Notes: generated from the sequence alone by a model not told the origin. A stretch of 59,342 nucleotides of DNA, filler included, from Bradymonadales bacterium (GCA_007693605.1; 6 parts of 6 records of this genome joined end to end with filler, not necessarily neighbours in it); one strand, 5' to 3'; counted from the whole stretch's first letter, positions 7,684 to 17,176 are shown. Numbers and translations: made by a program.

Positions 7684-10605
7684 ATGATTATCAGGGATGC
7701 TAATGCTAATTTATTTATTGTCTTTGGTGGACTATTCAGTCGGAAAGTAATCGAAGGGCATCTACGAGAGCATACCTTTAAGGGGACTGCTCGTGCAGAT
7801 ACACGCAGTGCGTTGGGTGCGTTTTACTCCTTCATGTCCAGCGGAACTGGCGTTTCAGAAAGAAGCCGTCTTCAACCAAAAATTTTAGAGTTAGTGTCGA
7901 CTATTTCGGCCTGGAAGGATGTTGAGCGAACGGGTACGACCGGCGACTTGCTTTGTCTGAATAAGGGGAAGCAATTGCTAATTGAAGTGAAGGTTCAAAC
8001 AAGCGATCGTCTCGACGAAGCAAAGGGTTCTGGCGTCCCTTACGCTGAAGATCAGTTGATACGAGACTTGAACAGACGGAAAATACCATGGGGAATACTA
8101 ACAAATGGTTGGAGTTGGCGGTTCTACAATAAGGATATGCCAGAGCAGACCATTGAGTTTTGCCTTGCAGATATTGCTAGAAGTACAATCAGCCAGCCTG
8201 AATTGGATCTGTTTTGTGCAATGTTAGAAGACCCAGAGGTTCTGGCGAGACTACATAAGGAATCGGCCGAGGCAAAAACTAGATCAACAGAACTTCTTAG
8301 TAAGAATCTTAGAAATTGTTACCTGAGTCTATTGGGTGCGTCCTGGGAGAGAGAGGTTGCCGTCCGATTCTTGCTCCGACTATGCGCCCAACGATTTTTA
8401 GAAGACTGCGGAATCTTGAACGTTCTCGATAGAGGGTATCAGGATAGGCGACTAGACGTGCCTGATAATTTTGACCATGAGGCGAATATCGTTTCTTGGT
8501 TGTGTAAAGTTTGGAAAGAGATCGGTCGGGGCCGATGGACAATTCCCACCGAGAAAGCCGGTGACTTGCTTCCGATTTCGGAAGACTTTTTCACGAATGA
8601 AGAACAAAGGTTGTTGAAAAAACAGCCAGAGATAAAAGACCTCTCTTCCTTACTTCGTGAGACATTTGTTGCCGCTGGTGGCCCCATAGATTGTTCCGAT
8701 TTGAATATTGAATTCTTTGGCTCATTTTATCAGTTGGTTGAAGACCCGACTCAAAAGAACGACTCAGGGAGATACTTTACGAATTTGGAGTTGGCCAGAA
8801 GACTGTCTGTATACTTGTCGGAGAGATTTGCAAGGCGAGATACCCTCAGAGAGGGCGAGTACATTCTCGACCCGGCCTGTGGAAGTGGTCAGTTGCTGAG
8901 GTTGTTGATACCCTATGCGATGAACTTTGTTTCGTATGATGACTCAGCGCCAACAAAGTTGGAGCATTGGCGAAGGTTTTCACAACATCTCGCTGGCCTT
9001 GACATTGACGAGAACTGCGTCTGGATCGCAAAGGTTAGTCTTTGGCTTGCTACTGCTGCCAAGGGAAGACCATTTGTTCGTGTTAATGTAAGGAAGAATG
9101 ATGTCATCAGCTCTTGTATTGGGAAGAGTCGAGATGTTTATGGTGAGGCTTTAGGTTTTTCTCATACCGAGGCAGTCGTTGCTATAATTACAAACCCGCC
9201 CTGGGAGGAGCTGAGGATTCAGTTCCCTCAATATTACAAAAAGGCGACCGGGAAGACTACGCCAAAGCAGAGGGATGACAAGGCATGGCAAGAGTACATG
9301 AAATTCAAAGCTCGTCATCAAGGCGCGTTTGACAAGTTAGTGGATCACCAGTCAAAAATGAATCTAAAGATCAGACAGTGCTTTGGGATTAGCGGCATTC
9401 CAAATCTTGCAGAGGTTTTTTTGATAATCTGTCGCGATCTTTTAATCTCAATGGCTGAGACCACCGAACGAAGCCAGCTACCCTACGCCATTATTCTGCC
9501 AGACCAATTTTTTCTTGGTACGAGGATGGCCGAACTAAGAAAAAAGATCCTATGCGAGGTCGATTGCTATATTCCCTTCGCGAGAAACATTGATCCAAAT
9601 ACGGGCAAAAGATATTTTCATGGAGTTGACCCTAATCGGCGGTTCGGAATTATTCTAGGTAAGGTAAACCAGTCGAGATCTATCACCAACATAAGTGCTC
9701 GGCCCCTACACGGGATGGAGATTAAAGTGCCTCTTGATAAGCTCGGTCTCTTGCCCTTGCATAATCATCCAATCGAGCTAACTTGCCTTCAGCAGCTTGT
9801 GTCCCTCAGGAGCGATGAGGTTGAAGCGCTTTGGAATGTTGGAGAATGGGATGCCACAGCATGGAATCGAGGTTCGCGAAAGATAGTATCAGAGAGGTCA
9901 CCTCAGGCGATGGCTTTAATCAAAGCAGAGGGATTGGGGCTTGGCAGCGGGCACGAGTTGTCCTTTAGAAAGAAGGAGAACGTGCTTTGGTGGGTGCATT
10001 CAAAGGAGCCAAAAGATGTCAGTGTTGCAAGGTCGGGGCGGCTTATAATTGGAGACACAAAACGTAACGCTGGAAAAATAGTTCGCGCTGGATATGTGTT
10101 TGGCAGCAATCACAGAATCGCTGGAGTTGCTCGGCCTCTCAATGGAGTTGCACTGCAAAACACGCTGTTGTACGCACAAATTAGCTCAGACTGGTTGCCT
10201 TATTTTCAGTCACTATTTTTTGAGTTTGCAATGAGGAGTATCGCAGGAGCTCAACACTTGAATGCTTGGCGATTAAATTTATTGGGTATTCCAAGAATGC
10301 CAGAGGGGTTCCTTAAAAGATTGCAGAAATCGAGTTTTGCAGAGCAGCAAAGGTTGCTTGCAGAGGAACTTAAATTCACTCCTTCAGAGTTTTTGACTGT
10401 TGTTAAAGCTGCAAAACCACTGCTCCAGAGTGGCAACTGGGTCGAGCTCTTGGTTCAGGCCAAGAAGATGGCCGACAACGACACTCTTAAGCGGGAAATT
10501 TCAGAGCTGCTCGAATTGGAGAAGAAGGTTCAAGAATTGGAAAAAAAGGCAGCGAAGAAAAAGAGTCGTACGAAGGCTACACGTTTACAAGAAGCTTCAG
10601 GTTGA
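7684..10605 (+). CDS. Type IIG-like fused restriction endonuclease / N6-adenine methyltransferase
   Basis: GD..(IEVK) PD-(D/E)xK nuclease, WGILTNG..WRFY, GRYFT, ILDPACGSG, IITNPPW; start uncertain. Confidence 0.85.
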   Translation: MIIRDANANLFIVFGGLFSRKVIEGHLREHTFKGTARADTRSALGAFYSFMSSGTGVSERSRLQPKILELVSTISAWKDVERTGTTGDLLCLNKGKQLLIEVKVQTSDRLDEAKGSGVPYAEDQLIRDLNRRKIPWGILTNGWSWRFYNKDMPEQTIEFCLADIARSTISQPELDLFCAMLEDPEVLARLHKESAEAKTRSTELLSKNLRNCYLSLLGASWEREVAVRFLLRLCAQRFLEDCGILNVLDRGYQDRRLDVPDNFDHEANIVSWLCKVWKEIGRGRWTIPTEKAGDLLPISEDFFTNEEQRLLKKQPEIKDLSSLLRETFVAAGGPIDCSDLNIEFFGSFYQLVEDPTQKNDSGRYFTNLELARRLSVYLSERFARRDTLREGEYILDPACGSGQLLRLLIPYAMNFVSYDDSAPTKLEHWRRFSQHLAGLDIDENCVWIAKVSLWLATAAKGRPFVRVNVRKNDVISSCIGKSRDVYGEALGFSHTEAVVAIITNPPWEELRIQFPQYYKKATGKTTPKQRDDKAWQEYMKFKARHQGAFDKLVDHQSKMNLKIRQCFGISGIPNLAEVFLIICRDLLISMAETTERSQLPYAIILPDQFFLGTRMAELRKKILCEVDCYIPFARNIDPNTGKRYFHGVDPNRRFGIILGKVNQSRSITNISARPLHGMEIKVPLDKLGLLPLHNHPIELTCLQQLVSLRSDEVEALWNVGEWDATAWNRGSRKIVSERSPQAMALIKAEGLGLGSGHELSFRKKENVLWWVHSKEPKDVSVARSGRLIIGDTKRNAGKIVRAGYVFGSNHRIAGVARPLNGVALQNTLLYAQISSDWLPYFQSLFFEFAMRSIAGAQHLNAWRLNLLGIPRMPEGFLKRLQKSSFAEQQRLLAEELKFTPSEFLTVVKAAKPLLQSGNWVELLVQAKKMADNDTLKREISELLELEKKVQELEKKAAKKKSRTKATRLQEASG

Positions 10606-10798
10606 GGAGCTTGGCTTTTCTAAAGGTAATATTTGATTTAATCGCAGACTTTAGTTTAGTGATCCGAGCGATAGCTAGATCAAGTTCGTCGGCACTAAGC
10701 TCCTGGTCCAGAGAATGCTCTATTGCCATGAGCTCCTCACGAATCGTATTTATCACGATTGCACTTCTTTTTTCTTCGTTAGCAGCCAGCATGAGCAC
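10577..10798 (-). CDS. Small helical hypothetical protein
   Basis: 73-aa ORF converging on and overlapping the end of the RM gene. Confidence 0.45.
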   Translation of the reverse strand: MLMLAANEEKRSAIVINTIREELMAIEHSLDQELSADELDLAIARITKLKSAIKSNITFRKAKLLNLKLLVNV

Positions 10799-10932
10799 TC
10801 ATAAGTAGCTAGGACCGGCACTGTCTGACAAGGCGTTAATTTTATCGCAGGGAACGATCAAGGGTTGACGGTGACTTATTGGTGACTCAGGATCTGCTCG
10901 AATTGCCAATTCCGGCTGTAATCGCCTTAAAA

Positions 10933-11007
10933 TGGCTCCCAGGGAGGGATTTGAACCCCCGACAGGGTGGTTAACAGCCACCTGCTCTACCCCTGAGCTA
11001 CCTGGGA
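10933..11007 (-). tRNA. tRNA-Asn (GTT)
   Basis: 75-nt cloverleaf TCCCAGG...CTGTTAA...CCTGGGAGCCA. Confidence 0.97.
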
Positions 11008-11140
11008 ATGATGTTTACCAACTTGCTCCTACACTACTGAAGCTCAGGGGTAGAGCAAACTGGTTTTTTTTCTGCGCCTTTGGGGCGCAAGCCCTGAGCC
11101 GAAGTCTGAATATGCCGAATGCCCCTTAGCCTGCCAAGAA

Positions 11141-11734
11141 CTATGCCCCCTTTTCCTTCTTCAGCTCCAGTAAGACCAGTTTTGCGATGGCTTTTAGGGT
11201 CTCAAAAACCCCCTCGCCAGTGACGGCGGTGGCCTCAAAATCGGGGACCTTGTTCGGATTGAGCAGGTTTCTTAAGTCCTCCACGCTGCTCACATTCGGA
11301 AGATCTCTCTTATTGTACTGAATCACAAAGGGCAGCTTCTCAAGCTCATAACCCTGCTCTTGAAGGTTGACCTTCAAATTCTCTAAGCTCTCTAAATTGG
11401 CGTCGAGTCGATCTTTTTGCGAATCGGCTACAAAAACCACTCCGTCGACTCCCTTCAAAATAAGCTTTCGACTGGCATCATAAAAAACCTGACCTGGCAC
11501 CGTATACAAATGAAATCGGGTTTTGAAGCCTCGAATCTCTCCTAAGGCCAGCGGAAGAAAGTCAAAGAACAAAGTTCTTTCGGTTTCAGTCGCCAAGGAG
11601 ATCATCTTGCCCTTCGCTTTGGGAGCGGTTTTTTTATAAACAAACTGAAGGTTGGTTGTTTTACCGCACAGACCGGGGCCGTAATACACAATCTTGCAGT
11701 TGATCTCCCGATTCGAATAATTGATAAATGCCAT
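11141..11734 (-). CDS. mglA: Small Ras-like GTPase MglA
   Basis: [39 protein letters not shown]. Confidence 0.97.
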   Translation of the reverse strand: MAFINYSNREINCKIVYYGPGLCGKTTNLQFVYKKTAPKAKGKMISLATETERTLFFDFLPLALGEIRGFKTRFHLYTVPGQVFYDASRKLILKGVDGVVFVADSQKDRLDANLESLENLKVNLQEQGYELEKLPFVIQYNKRDLPNVSSVEDLRNLLNPNKVPDFEATAVTGEGVFETLKAIAKLVLLELKKEKGA

Positions 11735-11764
11735 GAGTTTGCTGCGTTAACCTTTCAGTCTCGT

Positions 11765-12253
11765 TTACTCTTGTCCCTGGCCCACGACCACATCGACGGC
11801 CGCTTCGCTTAAGCCAGACAAGGCCTCAGCCGTACTGACTCCCATCTTTCCAGAGCGCCTATATTTCTTCAGATGCCCGTGAAACTTGCTCCACTGGGCA
11901 GTGTAGGGAATCCTAATACACACAATAATCCAATTCTCAAAATAATCGACCCAAAAGCCTTCGTGATCTTCGCCAAACTGAGCCCAACTTCCTTTCGTCT
12001 TGAGCTGGTGATTGAGCTCATCTTTAATCCCTCTGAGGGCTGCCGAAAGAGCGCCGAGAGAGGTTTTGTCTACTTGCTTCGTCTTTCCCGCTTCAAAGAT
12101 AACATCCCCCGTTTGACTCAATACAAAAATTCCCCCCTGGGGGCTGCGAGACTTCTTAAAGAGATCATTCAACAAATTTTGAGCCTCCTCTTGCCAGCTC
12201 AGCTTGGCCGGGGCTCGTTTTTTGCTCTTCTTTGAGGGGGAAGCTTTTGCCAT
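11765..12253 (-). CDS. mglB: Divergent roadblock protein, MglB-like
   Basis: Between recR and mglA; IFVLSQTG.VI..AG....DKTSLGAL.A matches the MglB core. Confidence 0.65.
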   Translation of the reverse strand: MAKASPSKKSKKRAPAKLSWQEEAQNLLNDLFKKSRSPQGGIFVLSQTGDVIFEAGKTKQVDKTSLGALSAALRGIKDELNHQLKTKGSWAQFGEDHEGFWVDYFENWIIVCIRIPYTAQWSKFHGHLKKYRRSGKMGVSTAEALSGLSEAAVDVVVGQGQE

Positions 12254-12263
12254 AAGCAGAATC

Positions 12264-12857
12264 TTAGCGGAGCTTGGTCCGGCCTTCAAAGGCTTTTCCT
12301 AAAGTGATTTGATCGGCAAATTCCAACTCACTCCCCATCGGCAAGCCAGACGCCAGTCGAGAGAGCTGAACCGGCTCATTGGAGAGTTTTTGGGCCACAT
12401 AGCTCACCGTGGCCTCTCCCTCTACTGTGGGGTTTAGGGCCAGAATCAACTCTTCTGGCCTCTGGCGACTCACCCGATCAAACAACAACTGAAGCCCGAT
12501 CTCATCGGGGCCCACTCCCTCCAAAGGAGAAAGAAGCCCGTGGAGCACAAAATAGGTGCCATTGTACTTTCCGAGCCTTTCGATCGGGTAGATATCACTG
12601 GGTTTCTCGACGACACAAAGCAGTTCAGGCTTTCTGACGGGGCTTGCGCAAATTCGGCAGGGGCTCTCTTCGGTCAGTGTCCGACAATTGGAACAAAAGC
12701 TCACCTGAGACAATGCCTTTAGAGACTCTGCCAGCTTCTCTCGAAACTGTGGTGAAGCCCTTAACAGATAAAACGCCAGCCGCGTCGCCGTGCGCTCCCC
12801 AATGCCTGGCAAGCGAGCCAGATGCAGAATCACTTCATCAATCGCTGCGGATTTCAA
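12264..12857 (-). CDS. recR: Recombination mediator RecR
   Basis: LPGIG..TA.RLA, C4 zinc finger, LSPLEGVGP, NPTVEGEAT. Confidence 0.97.
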   Translation of the reverse strand: MKSAAIDEVILHLARLPGIGERTATRLAFYLLRASPQFREKLAESLKALSQVSFCSNCRTLTEESPCRICASPVRKPELLCVVEKPSDIYPIERLGKYNGTYFVLHGLLSPLEGVGPDEIGLQLLFDRVSRQRPEELILALNPTVEGEATVSYVAQKLSNEPVQLSRLASGLPMGSELEFADQITLGKAFEGRTKLR

Positions 12858-12878
12858 GCTTCTTCCTTTCTGTGCAGT

Positions 12879-14027
12879 TTATGCGGCAAACTTTCGGAGG
12901 GTCTTTTGAATCACCTCAATCACCTTGGGCACCTGACTCATCTCAGAGCTTTCCCCTAAACTGAATCGAATCGCCGATCGAGCTTCATCTTCAGAGTAGC
13001 CCAAACTCAGCAAAGCCGGCGAAGCCATCGACATTCCTGATGAGCAGGCCGAACCGGCACTTGCGCAAATATTGTTCACATCTAAACTCATTAACAAGGC
13101 ATCCGAGGCGACACCAGGAAAGATGCAGGTGCTGGTGTTCGGAAGGCGAGTGAGCTCTTCTCCCACAATCTTGATCTGAGAGCTTAAGGCCTTGAGTTCT
13201 GATTCAAAATGATCTCGCACTTCTCGAATTCGACCTTGATACTCCTGAACGGCTTGGTCGAGAACATCCAAAAGACCATCTACACTGGCAACGCCCAAGA
13301 GATTTTCAGTGCCTGCGCGCCTCTTCTTCTCTTGGCCACCGCCGCAGATGCAAGACTCCCAGTCGCTTCCCGTTTTCAGGTACAGAGCGCCAATGGCCTT
13401 GAGCCCGCCACTCTTGTGAAAGGCAAGGCTGGCGGAATTCAGACCCTCTTGCTTTAAACTCAAAGGCCCTCGCCCAAAAACCTGCACCATATCGGAATGA
13501 AAGGCCGTTTCATAGCGAGCACAAAGAGCTGCCACCGCTTGCCAGTCTTGAACGATGCCCGTCTCGTTGCTTGCCCCTTGCAGGCTGCACAAGAACACAT
13601 CGCCGCCGCTTAGAATTTTTTCAAGCGCCTCAAGGTCAGCCAAGCCAGACGGTAGAAGAGGGAGCTCCACACTTTCTACGCCCTCGTTCTCCGCTAAAAA
13701 CTCTACATTCTTTGTGACCGCCGCGTGCTCTATTGACGAGCTGACGAGTTTTTTTCTTGGCTTTGACTTCTTTTTCTCTGTGAGCCAAAACCCCCAAAGC
13801 CCCAGCATATTGGCCTCTGTAGCGGAGCCGCAAAAAACAACTTCGGTGGGAAGTACGCCTAGTTTTTCTGCCAGTCGACGACGCACCGTCTCGAGATAGG
13901 CTCGAGCTTCTTGTCCGGGTCGATGAATGGAGCTCGGGTTACCATCGTAGCGATGAAGCGCTTCAATCACCTTCTCTTTGATATGGGGGTGAAGAGGGGC
14001 GGTCGCATTGTAGTCCCAGTAGATCAT
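12879..14027 (-). CDS. Cysteine desulfurase (IscS/NifS family)
   Basis: YWDYNATAP, NPSS.H, NETG, HK, RAGTEN, SAGSACSSG. Confidence 0.93.
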   Translation of the reverse strand: MIYWDYNATAPLHPHIKEKVIEALHRYDGNPSSIHRPGQEARAYLETVRRRLAEKLGVLPTEVVFCGSATEANMLGLWGFWLTEKKKSKPRKKLVSSSIEHAAVTKNVEFLAENEGVESVELPLLPSGLADLEALEKILSGGDVFLCSLQGASNETGIVQDWQAVAALCARYETAFHSDMVQVFGRGPLSLKQEGLNSASLAFHKSGGLKAIGALYLKTGSDWESCICGGGQEKKRRAGTENLLGVASVDGLLDVLDQAVQEYQGRIREVRDHFESELKALSSQIKIVGEELTRLPNTSTCIFPGVASDALLMSLDVNNICASAGSACSSGMSMASPALLSLGYSEDEARSAIRFSLGESSEMSQVPKVIEVIQKTLRKFAA

Positions 14028-16111
14028 GGTCTTCGGTCCAAATGAAACTCGACTCGACGGTTCTCGGCGCGGCCGGCATCGGTTTCGTTGGTGGCGACTG
14101 GGCGGTGCGGGCCGTAGCCCTCTGAGATTAAACGATCTGCATCTAAGCCCTGATTGATCAAGTACTGTCGAACGGCCTCAGCCCGTCGAGTACTCAGCCG
14201 AATATTGTAGTCGGTGCTTCCTGTTGAGTCTGTATGACCTTCAATTCGAAGTTTTCCGAAGTCAGAAACTTGCGACAAGACTTCCACTACTTGATCGAGA
14301 ATCTCGAAGGATCTCTCTTCGATTCGGTCGGAGTCGAACGCAAAATAGATGGCATCAGGGAGGACGATCTGGTCTTCAATTAGAGTGGCTCTCTCTGGTC
14401 GGTTTAGAGTGATTTCAATATAAAGATCTTCGCCCGCAAGTACCTCACAAGAAATCTCTGTGGGCAGATAGTTCTCGGCTTGTACTCGAAAGTTGTGAGT
14501 TCCCTGTTTCAGAACTTGTCGAAACTCACCCGTCAGCGGATTGGTGCCAAAGGGAGAGATCTCTCCGCTCAAGTCCGTCAAGACGGCGGTCAGTCCGTTG
14601 CCGTCAGGGTTTTTGACGATGCCGCCGCAGACACCAAACTGTTCCGGCTCCGGTTGAAGATAAAAGGTTTGAGCAATGGCTTCGTCTGCAAAAATCTCAA
14701 CAGAAAAATCAGCGGGCAAAAATCCGGGTGCTTCCACTCGCATAAACTTCGGCCCCTCAGGCACTTGTCGAAGGCGAACGCGACCGGTTTCATCGCTACT
14801 AAAGTTTTGGTCGACATCACTTAAGCTCACGACAGCTCGCGAGATGGGTTCGTCGGTATCGGCCCGCCGAAACTGAGCCGTCAGTTCGCCGGTGCGACTG
14901 CCCAATAGGCGAAGTTCCACATCAGCGACAACCGCCGAGCCCCTGCGGATTTCGACATTACGAGTGACGGTTTCGTAGCCCTCGGCTTCGAATTGCAGTT
15001 GGTAGCTGCCGTCTGGTAGTCGAATCATTTCATAAGAGCCTGAAGACGAGCTGACGGCAGGCAGTCTGGGTGAGCCCGGCACTCGCACGCTGGCACCCGC
15101 AATGCCCAAGCCCGTTTCACGATCTCGAATGTAACCACGAACTCGCCCCTCGGCCTCAAAAAGTGTTCGCCCAATACTGCTAAAGGTGACGCCTGCGTAG
15201 ACTTCCCAAGGGGGATTTTCAGGAATTTGAATTCTCTCACCCGCAGTTTTTCCAAACAGTCCCAGCTGCCCGGCGAGCAGGATGCTAAAACTCTCGTGGG
15301 GTCGAGCGCGCGCTCCCAAAATGGCGGAGTGTCGGTTGCTTTTCCAGGTGGTGGGGTCGTTTCCTGTGCCAAAGGCATACTCCCAGTGGTATTCCAGAAA
15401 GGGAGAGACATAAGGGTAGCGGGCTTCGAGGGCGAGACTTCCCAACATACTATGATAGCCCATGGCATCTAAAGCGAATTGATCGACATGAGTCGCCCGA
15501 GGAAAGCCCGGGGCCTCGGGGATGCTCAAATTACTGTTCGGGCTTCGATAGCCCAAATTGAAATGAAGTTTAGCCGGAAAGCTCGGGCTCATTTTTTCAA
15601 TGTCCCAAGTGCCAAGAGCGTAGAGAAATGCCTGAAGGTGCGGGCCTGAGCGATTTCGAGAGAAGCCTGAAGTGTTTCTTCGAACTTGCGTGCCTGTGAA
15701 AGTTCGACCGTGGCCTAGAATCGCATACTGAAGATGCTCTCCGCTCCAAGGCAAAGTCCACTTTACACCGAGGTCGACATTTTCAAAAAGACTGGTCGAA
15801 GACTGAGAGGCTGCGAGAGTGCTGTGTTCGTTAAAGGTAAATGAAAATCCACTAAAGAGCTCAAGCTGGTAGGGGAGGCTGTAGTTGAGCGCCAATCGAA
15901 CGCCAGCACGGCTGTGTTTTTGGTCGTCGATGAAGGGGGTTTTGTTGAAAAATCGACCTGTCAAGCCGATCCCAAAGCTGGTGGGCTCTTTGCTCTGCGC
16001 AGAATAGGTGTGGAGTGTGCCCGTTGGCCCGGTATAGCTCGGATGGCTTTCAGGGGGATTCTCCATGGCCGACGACAATTGACTTAAAATCAGGAAACTC
16101 AGCTTAATCAC
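14024..16111 (-). CDS. Outer-membrane protein: beta-barrel-like N-terminus, carboxypeptidase-regulatory-like domains, C-terminal OmpA domain
   Basis: IYFAFDSD, IEGHTD, YN..LS..RA, NRRVEF; three beta-sandwich repeats. Confidence 0.85.
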   Translation of the reverse strand: MIKLSFLILSQLSSAMENPPESHPSYTGPTGTLHTYSAQSKEPTSFGIGLTGRFFNKTPFIDDQKHSRAGVRLALNYSLPYQLELFSGFSFTFNEHSTLAASQSSTSLFENVDLGVKWTLPWSGEHLQYAILGHGRTFTGTQVRRNTSGFSRNRSGPHLQAFLYALGTWDIEKMSPSFPAKLHFNLGYRSPNSNLSIPEAPGFPRATHVDQFALDAMGYHSMLGSLALEARYPYVSPFLEYHWEYAFGTGNDPTTWKSNRHSAILGARARPHESFSILLAGQLGLFGKTAGERIQIPENPPWEVYAGVTFSSIGRTLFEAEGRVRGYIRDRETGLGIAGASVRVPGSPRLPAVSSSSGSYEMIRLPDGSYQLQFEAEGYETVTRNVEIRRGSAVVADVELRLLGSRTGELTAQFRRADTDEPISRAVVSLSDVDQNFSSDETGRVRLRQVPEGPKFMRVEAPGFLPADFSVEIFADEAIAQTFYLQPEPEQFGVCGGIVKNPDGNGLTAVLTDLSGEISPFGTNPLTGEFRQVLKQGTHNFRVQAENYLPTEISCEVLAGEDLYIEITLNRPERATLIEDQIVLPDAIYFAFDSDRIEERSFEILDQVVEVLSQVSDFGKLRIEGHTDSTGSTDYNIRLSTRRAEAVRQYLINQGLDADRLISEGYGPHRPVATNETDAGRAENRRVEFHLDRRP

Positions 16112-16201
16112 GGCGCCATTCTAGTCAGGAGGCTTCTGAGAAAGGAAGCTGAAAATTGCCCTGATCCTGGGGGTGCAAACGCCTCTTGGGGCCTTGGGAG
16201 C

Positions 16202-16570
16202 TTGCCGGCTCCGCCTCTTGTTCTACTACGCAGCCAAGTTCATACAGAGGCCCTCGTTGGGCCTATTCGTCGATTTATAGATCCTTGGGCTAAGACTGAG
16301 ATCTCACTGCGAACCGCTCTAAAGTATGCAGAATTGACGGGAGATCAAGAGGTTCTGAGTGCTTATCGACAGGCGATGGTGCACGCGATCACCGATCATG
16401 TTTCGAGGGTTAGGGATCTAGCGATGAAGCCCCTGGCAAAGGAGGATGTCGACTCTGCTCAAAAAGTTGAGACACTAGTTCAAGAGGCGCTTGAGCGCTA
16501 TCTCAGCATCATTAGGCGAACCGATCCGGATTTTCCAGAGATGCGGTTGCCGGACGAGAGTCGGCCGTAA
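16202..16570 (+). CDS. Hypothetical protein
   Basis: 122-aa helical ORF; start uncertain. Confidence 0.45.
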   Translation: MPAPPLVLLRSQVHTEALVGPIRRFIDPWAKTEISLRTALKYAELTGDQEVLSAYRQAMVHAITDHVSRVRDLAMKPLAKEDVDSAQKVETLVQEALERYLSIIRRTDPDFPEMRLPDESRP

Positions 16571-16625
16571 GTCCTATAGGAGTCAGGCACTTCCGTCTCC
16601 CGACCCCTCGTTATTTTCGTATCAG

Positions 16626-16746
16626 TTGCGAGAATTTTTTTGCTCAGCGAGGCACCGACGACTGAGATCGAAGGAGTGTAGTTCGATGCTACTCGACTGA
16701 AGGTCGAAGGAGGAGAAACGAAGCTGAGCAAGAAAAGGCGACGCAA
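16626..16746. repeat. Long imperfect GA-rich hairpin (REP-like)
   Basis: TTGCG..TTTTTTGCTCAGC pairs with GCTGAGCAAGAAAA..CGCAA. Confidence 0.5.
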
Positions 16747-16747
16747 A

Positions 16748-17176
16748 TGGAGCGGGAGAAGGGGATCGAACCCTCGACCCCAATTTATGGTGAGCGAGTC
16801 TTTCGAGCGAATGAAGCTCCGAGCAGAGCGCAGGAGCTGAAAATAAATTGGCCCATAGGATCGTCTACGATTAGCTTTTTGGGTGGAGTGTGGAGCGGGA
16901 GAAGGGGATCGAACCCTCGACCCAGCTTTGCGGTGAGCGAGTCTTTCGAGCGAGCGACAAGGCGAGCAGAGCGCAGCCTTGGAGAGCAAAGATGCCCATA
17001 GGATCGTTTACGATTAGCTTTTTGGGTGGAGTGTGGAGCGGGAGAAGGGGATCGAACCCTCGACCCAGCTTTGCGGTGAGCGAGTCTTTCGAGCGAGCGA
17101 CAAGGCGAGCAGAGCGCAGCCTTGGAGAGCAAAGATGCCCATAGGATCGTTTACGATTAGCTTTTTGGGTGGAGTG
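16748..17176 (-). repeat. Three 143-bp tandem units, each ending in the tRNA-Gly 3' 32 nt
   Basis: TGGAGCGGGAGAAGGGGATCGAACCCTCGACC at 16748, 16891, 17034 and 17177. Confidence 0.95.

Larger units (their letters stand above)
199..10977. mobile_element. Integrative phage-satellite (PICI-like) island in tRNA-Asn
   Basis: Flanking 42-bp att repeats; integrase, AlpA/HTH, prim-pol, DUF3987 and Nu1-like genes; no capsid or tail genes. Confidence 0.85.

Noticed and set aside
11064..11090. Intrinsic terminator for mglA
   Set aside because: The T-run precedes the hairpin on plus and A's follow it on minus, the wrong polarity on both strands.
10799..11129. ORFs 10799..10981 and 10932..11129
   Set aside because: They overlap tRNA-Asn and are shadow ORFs.
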